From Isosphaeraceae bacterium (GTDB lineage: Bacteria; Planctomycetota; Planctomycetia; Isosphaerales; Isosphaeraceae): a DNA stretch of 64,000 nucleotides. The notes under the pieces were generated by a model that was not told the origin of the DNA, did not search any database, and saw only the letters and a program-made list of their open reading frames with translations. The DNA lies in the NCBI GenBank assembly GCA_965201075.1, contig CBDAVP010000017.1:1-64000 (forward strand). The letters are read 5' to 3'. Positions 50,414-64,000 of this stretch are shown here, piece after piece. Both the position numbers and the translations under genes were made by a program. How positions within the stretch are numbered: position 1 is the stretch's first letter; the number at the start of each line of letters is the position of its first letter.

Positions 50414-52532
50414 GGATCTCCAGCATGCTCTCGGGGGCCGGGGCGTATTCCAGGGGTTCCATCGAGTAGCTGGCCCGGCCCTGGCTGAGACTTCTCACCG
50501 CCGAGGAGTAGCCGAACATCTTCTCCAGGGGGGCCCTGGCTTCGACGACGGTGAGGTGGCCTCGCGTGGAGGTCTGGGTGATCTCGGCGCGTCGGGAGGA
50601 GAGGTCGGCGGTGATGTTGCCGAGGTAGTCCTCGGGGGTGACGACCTCGACGCTCATGATCGGTTCCAGAAGGACAGCGCCGGCGTCGTGGACGGCCTTG
50701 TCGAAGGCGTCGGCCGCGGCGAAGCGGAAGGCGGCTTCGTTGCTGTCGACCTCGTGGTACGAGCCGTCGATTAGCGTCACCTTCAGGTCGACCATTGGGA
50801 AGCCGGTCCGCCCTCCGGACTTGGCGCTCTCGCGGATGCTGGCCTCGATGACCGGGACGAACTCGGCGGGGATCGTGCCGCCCTTCATCTTGTTCAGGAA
50901 CAGCATCGTCGGGCCGCCCTTGGGAAGAGACTCGGGCTCGAGGTCGACGGTGACCTTGGCGTACATCCCTGAGCCTCCCGTCTGGCGGATGCAGGTTCCC
51001 TGGATGCGCTTGACGGCCTTCTTGACGGTCTCCCGGTAGCTGACGCGGGGCCGGCCGACGTGGACCTTGAGCTTGTAGTCGCGAACCATCCGGTTCTTGA
51101 GGATCTCCAGGTGGAGTTCGCCCATGCCCGAGATGATCGTCTGACCGGTCTCCTCGTTGACCTTGTAGGTAAAGGTGGGGTCCTCCCGGGCGATCGCGGC
51201 GAGGGTGTCGGCCAGCTTTCCCTTGTCGGCCGAGGAGACCGGCTCGATCGACATGCTGATGACGGTCTCGGGGAACTCGATCCGTTCGAGCAGGATCGGG
51301 TGGGCCGCGTCGCAGAGGGTGTCGCCCGTGACCGAGTCCTTCAAACCGACGACGCCGACGATGTCGCCGGCGGTGATTTCGTCGACCTTCTCACGCTCGT
51401 CGGCGCGGATGTGGAACAGCCGCGAGCAGTTTTCCTTCTTGTCGCGACCAGGATTGTAGACCCGGGAGCCGGCCTTGAGGGTGCCGGAATAGGCCCGGAC
51501 GAAGGACAGGTCGCCGTGCTCGTCGTGGGTGATCTTGAAGACCAGGCCGCAAAAGGGAGCGGTGGGGTCGGGCTTGCGGGTGAGTTCGGTGTCCTTCTTG
51601 GGGTGGTGGCCGACGATCGGCGGCTTGTCGAGCGGGCTGGGAAGGTAGGCGGCGACGGCGTCGAGGAGGCGCTGGACGCCGACGTATTTGAAGCTGGAGC
51701 CGCAAAGGACCGGTTGCGCGTGGCCGCCGAGGGTGACTCGGCGCAGGGCGTCGAGGATTTGGAATTCGGTCAGGTCGGCGCCTTCGAGGTGGGCCATGTA
51801 CTGTTCGGCGAACGGCTCGTCGATGTCGGAGAGGCTGTTGACCATCCGCTCCCGCCAAAGTTCGGCCTCGGGGCGGAGGCCTTCGGGGATTTCGGTCTGG
51901 TTGACGGCCGAGCCGAGGTCCTCGGTCTTGTAAAAGAGGGCCTGCATCGCGATCAGGTCGATGAGTCCCTGGAACTCGCCCATCGTCCCCTCGGGCCCGG
52001 CGCCGATGGGGATCTGGACGGGGATGGGACGGCCGGCGAGGCGTTCCTCGATTTCGCCAAAGACGCGGTCGAACTCGGCGCCAATGCGGTCCATCTTGTT
52101 GATGAAGCAGAGGCGAGGGACCCGGTATTTGCTGGCCTGCCGCCAGACGGTTTCACTCTGGGCCTCGACCCCCTCGACGGCCGAGAAGATGACCACGGCG
52201 CCGTCGAGGACGCGCAGGGACCGTTCGACCTCGGCGGTGAAGTCGACGTGGCCGGGGGTGTCGATGATGTTGATGGTGACCGGCTGGCCGTCGCGGTCGT
52301 TCCAGCGGCAGGTGACAGCCGCGGCGACGATGGTGATGCCCCGGGCCCGCTCCTCGGGGTCGAAGTCCGTGGTGGTGTTCCCCTTGTCGACGTCCCCCAT
52401 GCGGTGGATCGCGCCGGTGTAGTACAGGATGCGCTCGGTGGTGGTCGTCTTGCCGGCGTCGATGTGAGCGATGATGCCGATGTTGCGGATGCGAGCGAGG
52501 GGGGAAGATGAGTCGCTGTCCATGGCAATCAC
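50400..52532 (-). CDS. fusA: Elongation factor G (start may be 52523)
   Basis: AHIDAGKTTTTERIL, DTPGHVDF, NKMD, GMGELHL, LLEPIM. Confidence 0.99.
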   Translation of the reverse strand: MIAMDSDSSSPLARIRNIGIIAHIDAGKTTTTERILYYTGAIHRMGDVDKGNTTTDFDPEERARGITIVAAAVTCRWNDRDGQPVTINIIDTPGHVDFTAEVERSLRVLDGAVVIFSAVEGVEAQSETVWRQASKYRVPRLCFINKMDRIGAEFDRVFGEIEERLAGRPIPVQIPIGAGPEGTMGEFQGLIDLIAMQALFYKTEDLGSAVNQTEIPEGLRPEAELWRERMVNSLSDIDEPFAEQYMAHLEGADLTEFQILDALRRVTLGGHAQPVLCGSSFKYVGVQRLLDAVAAYLPSPLDKPPIVGHHPKKDTELTRKPDPTAPFCGLVFKITHDEHGDLSFVRAYSGTLKAGSRVYNPGRDKKENCSRLFHIRADEREKVDEITAGDIVGVVGLKDSVTGDTLCDAAHPILLERIEFPETVISMSIEPVSSADKGKLADTLAAIAREDPTFTYKVNEETGQTIISGMGELHLEILKNRMVRDYKLKVHVGRPRVSYRETVKKAVKRIQGTCIRQTGGSGMYAKVTVDLEPESLPKGGPTMLFLNKMKGGTIPAEFVPVIEASIRESAKSGGRTGFPMVDLKVTLIDGSYHEVDSNEAAFRFAAADAFDKAVHDAGAVLLEPIMSVEVVTPEDYLGNITADLSSRRAEITQTSTRGHLTVVEARAPLEKMFGYSSAVRSLSQGRASYSMEPLEYAPAPESMLEILSGS

Positions 52533-52679
52533 AGGGTCCGAGGGTCCGGGGCGAGGCGGGTCGGCGGGCGTCCGCGGGCCTCTAGCTTACCGGACGGCCG
52601 GAGCTTCGCCCAGCGGACCGCGCGCAAACCTGGCAAGGGCCGTCGCGGGTGGGACGTCCGGTTCCGGGTCCGATGGGTT

Positions 52680-53267
52680 TCAGGACTGGAAGAGGCTGGC
52701 GACGGGGATACGGAGGCCGGACAGGTGGGGTTCGCTGCTGAGTTCCTGGAGGGCGTTGAAGCACTCCGGCTCGACGCTTCGGCGGTAAACGGTGATGGTG
52801 CGAAAACGGGGGTTGATCAGCCAGAACAGCAGGACGCCCATCTCCAGGTAGAGGGCAACCTTGTTATCAACGACTTCCTGGGTGTCCGAGGGCGAGAGGA
52901 TCTCGACGGCAAGGACCGGCGGACCCTCGAAGAAGGCCGACGATGCGGGGGTCGAGGCGACGGTTTCCGCCGAGACGTAGGCGACGTCAATGCCAACGGT
53001 GGTGTCCGGATTGCCGCGAAGACGGAAACCGGCTTCCCCCGAGACAACCTGTCCGCGAGGCTCGGGCTGATCGTCCAACCAATTGTCCAGAAACTTTGCA
53101 ACCCGCGTTTCGACCCGACTGTGACGACAGTCACGCATCGTCATGGGTAAGTCTCGCAACCCACCGCGGATTCTCACCTCACCTCGAATCAACTCACGGT
53201 CCATGCCGTCGTCGGGCAGGGCGAGCATCTCCTCGGTGGTCATCGTGGCGGGGGCGACGGTGGCCAT
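52680..53267 (-). CDS. Uma2 family endonuclease-like protein between rpsG and fusA
   Basis: MTTEEMLALPDDG..RELIRGE, EAGFRL, DVAYVS, LAVEILSPSD, KVALYL..GV. Confidence 0.92.
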   Translation of the reverse strand: MATVAPATMTTEEMLALPDDGMDRELIRGEVRIRGGLRDLPMTMRDCRHSRVETRVAKFLDNWLDDQPEPRGQVVSGEAGFRLRGNPDTTVGIDVAYVSAETVASTPASSAFFEGPPVLAVEILSPSDTQEVVDNKVALYLEMGVLLFWLINPRFRTITVYRRSVEPECFNALQELSSEPHLSGLRIPVASLFQS

Positions 53268-53353
53268 GGGGGGACCTCCGAAGTTGCCGGAGGAGAGCGA
53301 CCGGGCGTCTCTGGGGAACGACGCCCGCTCGCGAGAATCGGCAGTGAGGAAAC

Positions 53354-53827
53354 CTACCAGGCGAAGTGGGCGAACGCCTTGTTGGCGTCGGCCATGCGGT
53401 GGATGTTCTCGCGGCGGCTGATGGCGAAGCCTTCGCGGTTGTAGGCGGCGATCAGCTCGTCGGCGAGCTTGATGGCCATTGGCCGGCCCTTCTTTTCGCG
53501 GGCGCCCATGAGCAGCCAGCGGATCGAGAGGGTCTGCTGGCGGTTCTTGCGGACCGGCATCGGCACCTGGTAAGTGGCACCGCCGACGCGCTTGGAACGG
53601 ACCTCGATCATCGGCATGACGTTCTCCACGGCTCGGGAGAAGACGTCGATCGGGTTCTCGTTGGGGAGGCGCCGATTGATCAGGTCCATCGCGTCATAGA
53701 AGACAGCCTGGGCGACGCTTTTCTTGCCGTCGTACATCAGGCAGTTGATGAACTTGCTGGCGAGCTTCGAGCCGAAACGGGGGTCGGGTCGGAGTTGCGT
53801 CCGGCTGGCGGTGAACTTGCGGGCCAT
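53354..53827 (-). CDS. rpsG: 30S ribosomal protein S7
   Basis: [28 protein letters not shown]. Confidence 0.99.
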   Translation of the reverse strand: MARKFTASRTQLRPDPRFGSKLASKFINCLMYDGKKSVAQAVFYDAMDLINRRLPNENPIDVFSRAVENVMPMIEVRSKRVGGATYQVPMPVRKNRQQTLSIRWLLMGAREKKGRPMAIKLADELIAAYNREGFAISRRENIHRMADANKAFAHFAW

Positions 53828-53962
53828 GGGAGCGTCGGTCCTGTATTCCCGAGGGTCGTTGAAGGATGCGGGGCCGGACGAGGGCGGATGAGGCGTTGAG
53901 GACAAGGCCCCGGAGCGAGTCCCACGGTCAAAGGGCCCGGAGCCAGAGCCTGGCGGGGCCGC

Positions 53963-54361
53963 TTACTTCTTCTTGCCCTTGGCCGGGGCGACTGCCTTGG
54001 CCGGGGCTCCGTACTTGGAGCGAGCCTGCTTACGGTCGGTCACGCCGAGGCTGTCGAGCACGCCGCGGACGATGTGGTAGCGGACGCCTGGCAGGTCGCG
54101 AACTCTGCCGCCGCGGACCAGGACGATCGAGTGTTCCTGGAGGTTGTGCCCCTCGCCGCCGATGTAGGCGGTGACTTCCTTGCTGTTGGACAGCCGCACT
54201 CGGGCGACCTTCCGCAACGCGGAGTTGGGCTTCTTGGGGGTCATCGTCTTGACCTGGAGGCAGACCCCGCGCTTGAACGGGCAGCCCTCCAGCACCGGCG
54301 ACTTGGTCTTGTAAACCACCGGGCGACGCGGCTTGCGGACGAGCTGATTGATCGTGGGCAT
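53963..54361 (-). CDS. rpsL: 30S ribosomal protein S12
   Basis: [35 protein letters not shown]. Confidence 0.99.
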   Translation of the reverse strand: MPTINQLVRKPRRPVVYKTKSPVLEGCPFKRGVCLQVKTMTPKKPNSALRKVARVRLSNSKEVTAYIGGEGHNLQEHSIVLVRGGRVRDLPGVRYHIVRGVLDSLGVTDRKQARSKYGAPAKAVAPAKGKKK

Positions 54362-54480
54362 GGGCCGATTCTTCGTTCCATTCGCCCGTCGGGGGTTGGC
54401 ATTCCCGTTCGGAAGCGAGTCTTGTACCCGTTGAAAAGTCGAGACGTCGAGGGGCCATCGCCCACCGCGCCGAAGCGTTC

Positions 54481-54508
54481 AGTGTAACGCCGCCAACGGG
54501 TCTGTCAA
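54481..54508 (-). promoter_or_regulatory. Sigma70 promoter for rpsL
   Basis: TTGACA-N16-TACACT. Confidence 0.65.
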
Positions 54509-54598
54509 GTCAGCCGCGGGGTCCGGTTGACGATCGACTCCCCCCTGCCCTACCATTTGGCCCTCCGGTAGTGGTCGAGGCGGCGGGGCTCGGAATCA

Positions 54599-54853
54599 AT
54601 GGCGTGGCAAGAGGCCGAGGACGACCTGGACGACCACGAATTTCCCGACGACGACGGGGATGATGACGACGACGAGACGATCCCCTGCCCCCATTGCCGC
54701 AAGGCGGTTTATGAGGACGCCGAGCGTTGCCCGAGTTGCGGGTGTTACCTTTCGAGGGAGGACACGCCCCGTCGGCAGCCCTGGTGGGTGATGGTCGGAG
54801 TGATCGCCTGCCTCGGGGCCTTGGGGTGGGGACTGCTGACGTTCGGATTCTGA
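54599..54853 (+). CDS. Small acidic zinc-ribbon membrane protein
   Basis: Asp-rich N-terminus, CPHC...EDAERCPSCG, C-terminal TM. Confidence 0.8.
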   Translation: MAWQEAEDDLDDHEFPDDDGDDDDDETIPCPHCRKAVYEDAERCPSCGCYLSREDTPRRQPWWVMVGVIACLGALGWGLLTFGF

Positions 54854-54869
54854 AGGCGAGGCGGCGTCC

Positions 54870-55991
54870 ATGAAGGTGGCCTGGGTCTACGATATGGACG
54901 CCTGCCGTTGGCCGACCGGTGTGACGCGACACGCCCTGGCGCAACTGGCGGGGCTTCGCCACGCGACGGGGGTTGAAGTGACGGCGGTCTCGGGGCGTCT
55001 CTCCGACCCCGATGGGCTGGCCGCCTGGGAGTCATTGGACAACCTGCGACGTCGGGAGTTGCCGATCCGCACTCGCGACGCCCTGCGATTCTGGAGGCTC
55101 GCCGGCTGGCCCCCCCTGGAGTTGTGGACCGGAGCGGTGGACTGGGCCTACTGCCCGGCCGAGTTCTTTGTCCCGACCCGCAAGGCCCGTCTGGCGGTGA
55201 CCAGTCACGACGTCCTTCAGGATCTCCAGTACGGCGGTTCTCGACGGCGGGAGCATTTGGCCCGGACCTTTGCCGCCGCGGATCGAATCCTCTCCGTCTC
55301 ACGGTTCAACACCGAGCGGCTGGTTGAGACCTTCCCGGTGGCCGGGGAGAGGGTGGCCTATTGTCCCAACGGCGCGGAAGATCTGTTCTTCGAGACGGCG
55401 ACCGAACGGGAGCGGACGGGGGTGCGGGGGGACCTGGGCCTACCGCCGGGGATGCCGTATCTGCTGTCGGTCGCCAATGCTCAGCCGAGGAAGAACCTGC
55501 CGAGATTGATCCGGGCGGCGGCCCGGCTTCCCGAGGTCGCTTCGGGGGATTTGGCGCTGGTGTTGCTAGGCGCGGCGGGGGAAGCGGAAGGCCGAGCGCT
55601 TCGGGCGGTGATTGACTCGGTTCCGGGGCGCATGGTGATCCGCACCCCAGGGTATCGTCAGGGCAAGGCGTTGCGGGCGATTTATGCCGAGGCGCTGGCG
55701 CTGGTGGTCCCGTCCCTGTGCGAGAGCTTCGGAATTCCGGCTGTCGAGGCAATGGCGCAGGGGACGCCGGTCGCCCTGGCGAATTCCACGGCCCTCCCCG
55801 AAGTTGGCGGCGAGGCGGGCTGGTACTTCGACCCAGAGGACGAGGGAGCGATCGCCGCCACCTTGCGCGAACTGCTCGACCGTCCCAATGAGCGGGCCCA
55901 TCGGGCGGCGTTGGGGCGGACGATCGCCAACGGATTTCGCTGGGCTCGGGCGCAAGAGTATCTGAGAGAGGCGTTGGGCCGGGCGGGCTAA
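54870..55991 (+). CDS. GT4 family glycosyltransferase
   Basis: TSHD, SVSRF, PRKNL, PSLCESFGIPAVEAMA, LPEVGG. Confidence 0.92.
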   Translation: MKVAWVYDMDACRWPTGVTRHALAQLAGLRHATGVEVTAVSGRLSDPDGLAAWESLDNLRRRELPIRTRDALRFWRLAGWPPLELWTGAVDWAYCPAEFFVPTRKARLAVTSHDVLQDLQYGGSRRREHLARTFAAADRILSVSRFNTERLVETFPVAGERVAYCPNGAEDLFFETATERERTGVRGDLGLPPGMPYLLSVANAQPRKNLPRLIRAAARLPEVASGDLALVLLGAAGEAEGRALRAVIDSVPGRMVIRTPGYRQGKALRAIYAEALALVVPSLCESFGIPAVEAMAQGTPVALANSTALPEVGGEAGWYFDPEDEGAIAATLRELLDRPNERAHRAALGRTIANGFRWARAQEYLREALGRAG

Positions 55992-56053
55992 GTGGAAGCC
56001 GGCCCGTTGGCGGAGTTGGCAACCGCGGATCTGGGCATCGAAAGCGGCCAGGA

Positions 56054-56668
56054 TCAATCGGCCTCGCCCTCAGCCTCGTCGGGAAGGACCCAGAGGTCGG
56101 CGACCGGGACGGCGAAGCCTGGCAGGGCGAGGCCGGCGGCGACCTGGCCGTCGACGAAGACCGTTTCAGTCCAGGTATCGCCGTCGCGGATCAGGACCGT
56201 CACCCGGCGAGCCTCGGGGTCGACGATCCAGTATTCGCGGCAGCCAAATCGGAGGTATTCCTCGCGTTTGGTGACGTAATCGCGGTGGCGGGCCTCTGAC
56301 CCGGGAGAGACGACCTCGACGACAAACGTGGGGGGGCGTCGGCCCCGGCGGTCCGGGGGTGTTCCTGTCAAGACGACCGAGACGTCGGGATGACGCCCCG
56401 AGCTCATCCCCGGGAGTCGGAGTTGGAATTCGCTCGCCCCTCCAGCGCGAAGCACTACCCTTGCTCGCTGGCGGGAGTAAAGAACGATGGCGGTCAACAG
56501 GTTCCAGACGACGAATCCATGAGGGTCGTTGGGGACTTCGCTCACTTCCAAAACCCCCTTCGCCAGTTCATAACGAAAGCCTTCCTCGACCTCGGCTTCC
56601 TCAAATTCTTCAAGACTCATCCGCGAGCCGTGGTCGGCCAGCCCGAGGCGTTTGGTGACGGTGGCCAT
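56054..56668 (-). CDS. Uma2 family endonuclease-like protein directly downstream of rpoC
   Basis: YELAKGVLEV, RHPD, VVEVVSPGS, RDYVTKREEY..GCREYWIVDP. Confidence 0.93.
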   Translation of the reverse strand: MATVTKRLGLADHGSRMSLEEFEEAEVEEGFRYELAKGVLEVSEVPNDPHGFVVWNLLTAIVLYSRQRARVVLRAGGASEFQLRLPGMSSGRHPDVSVVLTGTPPDRRGRRPPTFVVEVVSPGSEARHRDYVTKREEYLRFGCREYWIVDPEARRVTVLIRDGDTWTETVFVDGQVAAGLALPGFAVPVADLWVLPDEAEGEAD

Positions 56669-56769
56669 CGGGTGATGCCTCCGGGTCATGAAATCGGCCC
56701 GCGAACCCTTTGAAGTGGGTCCGCGGGCCGGAAATGGGGATCAGGACGGGTCGGATCGGCCCGCGGCGG

Positions 56770-61044
<4,275 letters not shown>

Positions 61045-61192
61045 GAGACACGCTCCTCTGCACGCGGTTGGCCGTGCGGACGTGGGATGTTTCGGGGGAA
61101 AGCTGCGGTCGACCTCGACGGAGGCTCACCAGGCGATTGATCGGGCGGAAGGGTCCGCCATCAAGGCTCCCCGGACCAGTGAGGTACGGGGG

Positions 61193-61240
61193 AAAAAAAG
61201 CCGCGGGCTTGCCTTCCGGTGTCCCGGAAAACCGCCGCGG
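61193..61240 (-). terminator. Terminator/attenuator-like hairpin in the rpoC leader
   Basis: CCGCGG...TTCCGG-GACA-CCGGAA...CCGCGG followed by CTTTTTTT on the minus strand. Confidence 0.5.
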
Positions 61241-61398
61241 TCCCAGGTCGTCCCAGACCTGCCTTCACGACCGGCACCCTCCAGGCCGGACACTCTTGAC
61301 CCGCTTCCGCCAAGGTCGGTTGCCTCGATGGTCGGGTCCACCAAACCCTCGGTATGCCACCCGCGCGAGGTGGTGCCGAAGGCTGGCATGATTCGTCG

Positions 61399-61427
61399 AT
61401 CTTACGCGACTTCAAGGGCAATCTCAA
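61399..61427 (-). promoter_or_regulatory. Sigma70 promoter upstream of rpoC
   Basis: TTGAGA-N17-TAAGAT. Confidence 0.6.
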
Positions 61428-61478
61428 GGATTATTCTCTTGACACGCGGAATTTTCCGCGAACCCATCCTAAGCCGGA

Positions 61479-62114
61479 TCACGGATCGACCGGATCATCG
61501 TTATTCAGGTCGGCGTCGACCCACAGGCCGGCGACCCGGAACGCGAAGCCCGGGAGGAGGCCACTGACGATCACGCCCTCGGAGGGGATAATCTGCTCGT
61601 CCCAGGCCGCGCCCTCCGCCCCGTCTTCCCGGCGCACGAGCAAGGTCACTTGTCTGATCTTCGGATCGACGATCCAATATTCGAGGACACCGACAGCCAG
61701 GTATTCCTCTCGCTTCGTCTCAAGATCCCGCTTTCGAGACCGACTTCCCGGGGAGACGACCTCGACGGCGAGGAGGGCCTGCCGATTGCCGTGTGCATCG
61801 CGAGGGGCTCCACGGAAGACGATGGCGAGATCGGGATGCCGATCGGATTCCAGTTCGGGGATCACATAGCGAACATCGCTGCCGTGGCCAATGAGCTGGA
61901 TCAGACCAGGTTGCTCGCGGCGATAGGCGCTGAAACCTTCGTGAAGGTTGTCGACAATCTGCCAATGGGGCACGCTGGGGACGTTGGTCACTTCCAGCAC
62001 CCCCCTCGCCAGTTCATAGAGGTACCCATCCTGGGCCTCGGCCTCGTGGAACTCGTCCAGGGACATCCCGCGACCCTGGTCCGCAGGGCCGATCCGTAGG
62101 GAGACGCTTGCCAT
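61479..62114 (-). CDS. Uma2 family endonuclease-like protein between rpoB and rpoC
   Basis: YELARGVLEV, RHPDLAI, AVEVVSPGS, KREEYL..GVLEYWIVDP; GAGGAG RBS. Confidence 0.93.
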   Translation of the reverse strand: MASVSLRIGPADQGRGMSLDEFHEAEAQDGYLYELARGVLEVTNVPSVPHWQIVDNLHEGFSAYRREQPGLIQLIGHGSDVRYVIPELESDRHPDLAIVFRGAPRDAHGNRQALLAVEVVSPGSRSRKRDLETKREEYLAVGVLEYWIVDPKIRQVTLLVRREDGAEGAAWDEQIIPSEGVIVSGLLPGFAFRVAGLWVDADLNNDDPVDP

Positions 62115-62225
62115 GAGGGCGATCTCCTCAAGACGCCGAGTGGGCCGTGACAAACGGGCGGCCGGGAGGGTCGGTCCCGGCCGCCTCGAATCCTTGAGGT
62201 TGGCAAGACGCGGCGGCGTGCGGCT

Positions 62226-64000
62226 TCAGATCCGCTTCTTCTCAAGCTGCATGTTCAAGCCAAGACCGCGGATCTCGTTGGTCAACACGTCGAAGCTGGC
62301 GGGGGTGCCGGCTTCGAGGGTGTTTTCGCCCTTGACCATCGACTCGTAGATCTTGGTCCGGCCCTCGACGTCGTCGCTCTTGACGGTCAAAAGCTCCTGG
62401 AGGATGTAGGCCGCACCATAAGCCTCCAGGGCCCAGACTTCCATCTCGCCAAACCGCTGGCCGCCGAAGCGAGCCTTGCCACCCAGCGGCTGCTGGGTGA
62501 TGAGTGAGTAGGGGCCCGTGGCCCGTGCGTGGATCTTGTCGTCGACGAGGTGGTGCAGCTTCAACATGTAGATGTAGCCGACGGTCACCCTCTGGTCGAA
62601 CGGCTCTCCGGAGCGGCCGTCGAAGAGCCGAGCCTTGCCGTTCTCGGGCAATCCAGCGTCGACCAGGCACTGGCGGATCGTTTCCTCGCTGGCTCCATCG
62701 AAGACCGGGCAGAGCGCCTGGAACCCGAGCTTGGCCGCGGCCCAGCCCAGGTGAGTTTCCAGGATCTGGCCGACGTTCATGCGGCTGGGCACGCCCAGGG
62801 GGTTCAACAAGATCTCGATCGAGGTGCCATCCTCCAGGAACGGCATGTCCTCCTCGGGCAGGATCTTGGCGATGACCCCCTTGTTGCCGTGACGGCCGGC
62901 CATCTTGTCGCCCACGGAGATGACCCGCTTGGTGGCGATGTAGACCTTGACCATCTGGAGCACGCCCGAGGGCAGCTCATCGCCACGCTTCAGGCTGTTG
63001 AGCTTGCGGTCCCGCTCGTCGCGCAATGCCTCGACCCGGGGTCCAAAGTCGCGGACAACCTTGCGTGCGTCGGCCATGCGGCCCGGGCTGCGAAGGTCCA
63101 GAGCCTCGAACTTGAACCGCTCGCTTTCCTCGGCCAGGACCTTGTGGTCCCGGTCTCGGCCGAACGGCTTGCCCGACTGCGGGTCGGTGACCGGGCCGCC
63201 GACAACCTCCTCCAACGCCTTGATCATCGCCTTGTATTCGTCGGCGACCTTGATGTTCTCGGCGGACTCGACGTCCTTGAGTTCCTTCTCGAAGACCTTG
63301 CGCTCGTCCTCGGTCAGGCTCATCCGGCGGCTGAACCGCTGGGTGTTGATGACGATCCCCTCGACGCCCGAGGGCACTTCGAGACTGTCGTTCTTGACGT
63401 CCTCGCCGGCCCGGCCGAAGATCGCGTGGAGCAGCTTCTCCTCGGGGGTCAGCTCGCTTTTGGACTTGGGCGCGACCTTGCCGACCAGGATGTCGCCCGG
63501 CTTGACATAGGTACCGATGGCGACGATCCCGTTGTCGTCGAGGTTGCGCAAGGCCTTTTCCGAGACGTTGGGGATATCGCGAGTGAACTCCTCGCGGCCC
63601 AGCTTCGTCTCGCGGATCTCGATCTCGAACTCCTCGATGTGGATCGAGGTATAGACGTCCTCCTTCACCAGCCGTTCGCTGATGATGATCGCGTCTTCAA
63701 AGTTGTAACCGTCCCAGGCCATGAACCCGACCAGGACGTTGCGGCCCAAGGCCAGCTCACCGTGGAAGGTCGCGGCGCCGTCGGCCAGAAGCTGCCCCTT
63801 GACCACCGCCTGGCCCACCTGGACGACCGGCTTCTGGTTGAGGCAGGTTCGCTCATTGAGCCCCACGTACTTGCGCAATTTGTACGTGGTGTTGTGGTCG
63901 ATGACGATCCGCGTGCTATCGACGAAGGTGATCGTCCCATCCAGGTGGGCCTTGACGATCATCCCCGAGTTCATCGCCACGGCCCGTTCCAGACCGGTGG
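62226..64000 (-). CDS. rpoB: RNA polymerase beta subunit (3' part; runs off the window)
   Basis: [48 protein letters not shown]. Confidence 0.99.
   Translation of the reverse strand, partial: TGLERAVAMNSGMIVKAHLDGTITFVDSTRIVIDHNTTYKLRKYVGLNERTCLNQKPVVQVGQAVVKGQLLADGAATFHGELALGRNVLVGFMAWDGYNFEDAIIISERLVKEDVYTSIHIEEFEIEIRETKLGREEFTRDIPNVSEKALRNLDDNGIVAIGTYVKPGDILVGKVAPKSKSELTPEEKLLHAIFGRAGEDVKNDSLEVPSGVEGIVINTQRFSRRMSLTEDERKVFEKELKDVESAENIKVADEYKAMIKALEEVVGGPVTDPQSGKPFGRDRDHKVLAEESERFKFEALDLRSPGRMADARKVVRDFGPRVEALRDERDRKLNSLKRGDELPSGVLQMVKVYIATKRVISVGDKMAGRHGNKGVIAKILPEEDMPFLEDGTSIEILLNPLGVPSRMNVGQILETHLGWAAAKLGFQALCPVFDGASEETIRQCLVDAGLPENGKARLFDGRSGEPFDQRVTVGYIYMLKLHHLVDDKIHARATGPYSLITQQPLGGKARFGGQRFGEMEVWALEAYGAAYILQELLTVKSDDVEGRTKIYESMVKGENTLEAGTPASFDVLTNEIRGLGLNMQLEKKRI

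Overview
High-GC bacterial chromosomal window, most likely a planctomycete (Isosphaeraceae-like). This rests on DUF1559, LEPRxLL-type N-termini, an ECF/Ser-Thr kinase pair, DUF4058 and many Uma2 genes; the taxon is an inference. The right half (31.4-64 kb, minus strand) is the rpoB-rpoC / str / S10-spc-alpha housekeeping supercluster. It is repeatedly interrupted by Uma2/DUF4058 PD-(D/E)XK nuclease-fold genes, a PEP-CTERM gene and a glycosyltransferase, and has apparent re-start promoters before rpoC, rpsL, rpsJ and rpmJ. The left half is accessory and metabolic: AsnB plus glycosyltransferase, permuted NlpC/P60, a kinase-ECF-DUF1559 locus, two Tat oxidoreductases, a CAP protein, pyrG, a degenerate MurE, RtcA, squalene-hopene cyclase and an ECF/anti-sigma operon. 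Main observations: (1) six Uma2 genes plus DUF4058 sit at junctions of essential operons; (2) a stand-alone copy of the kinase N-terminal domain lies right after a phosphorylation-type ECF sigma; (3) there are two candidate structured ncRNAs, a promoter-to-terminator unit with recurring CAAG motifs at about 22.67-22.84 kb and a hairpin array with RATGA loops at about 14.25-14.45 kb; (4) four genes each carry a single in-frame stop; (5) rpoC has a long leader with a terminator-like element. No tRNA, rRNA, CRISPR array or transposase was recognised. All family calls come from reading motifs by eye, not from database searches.
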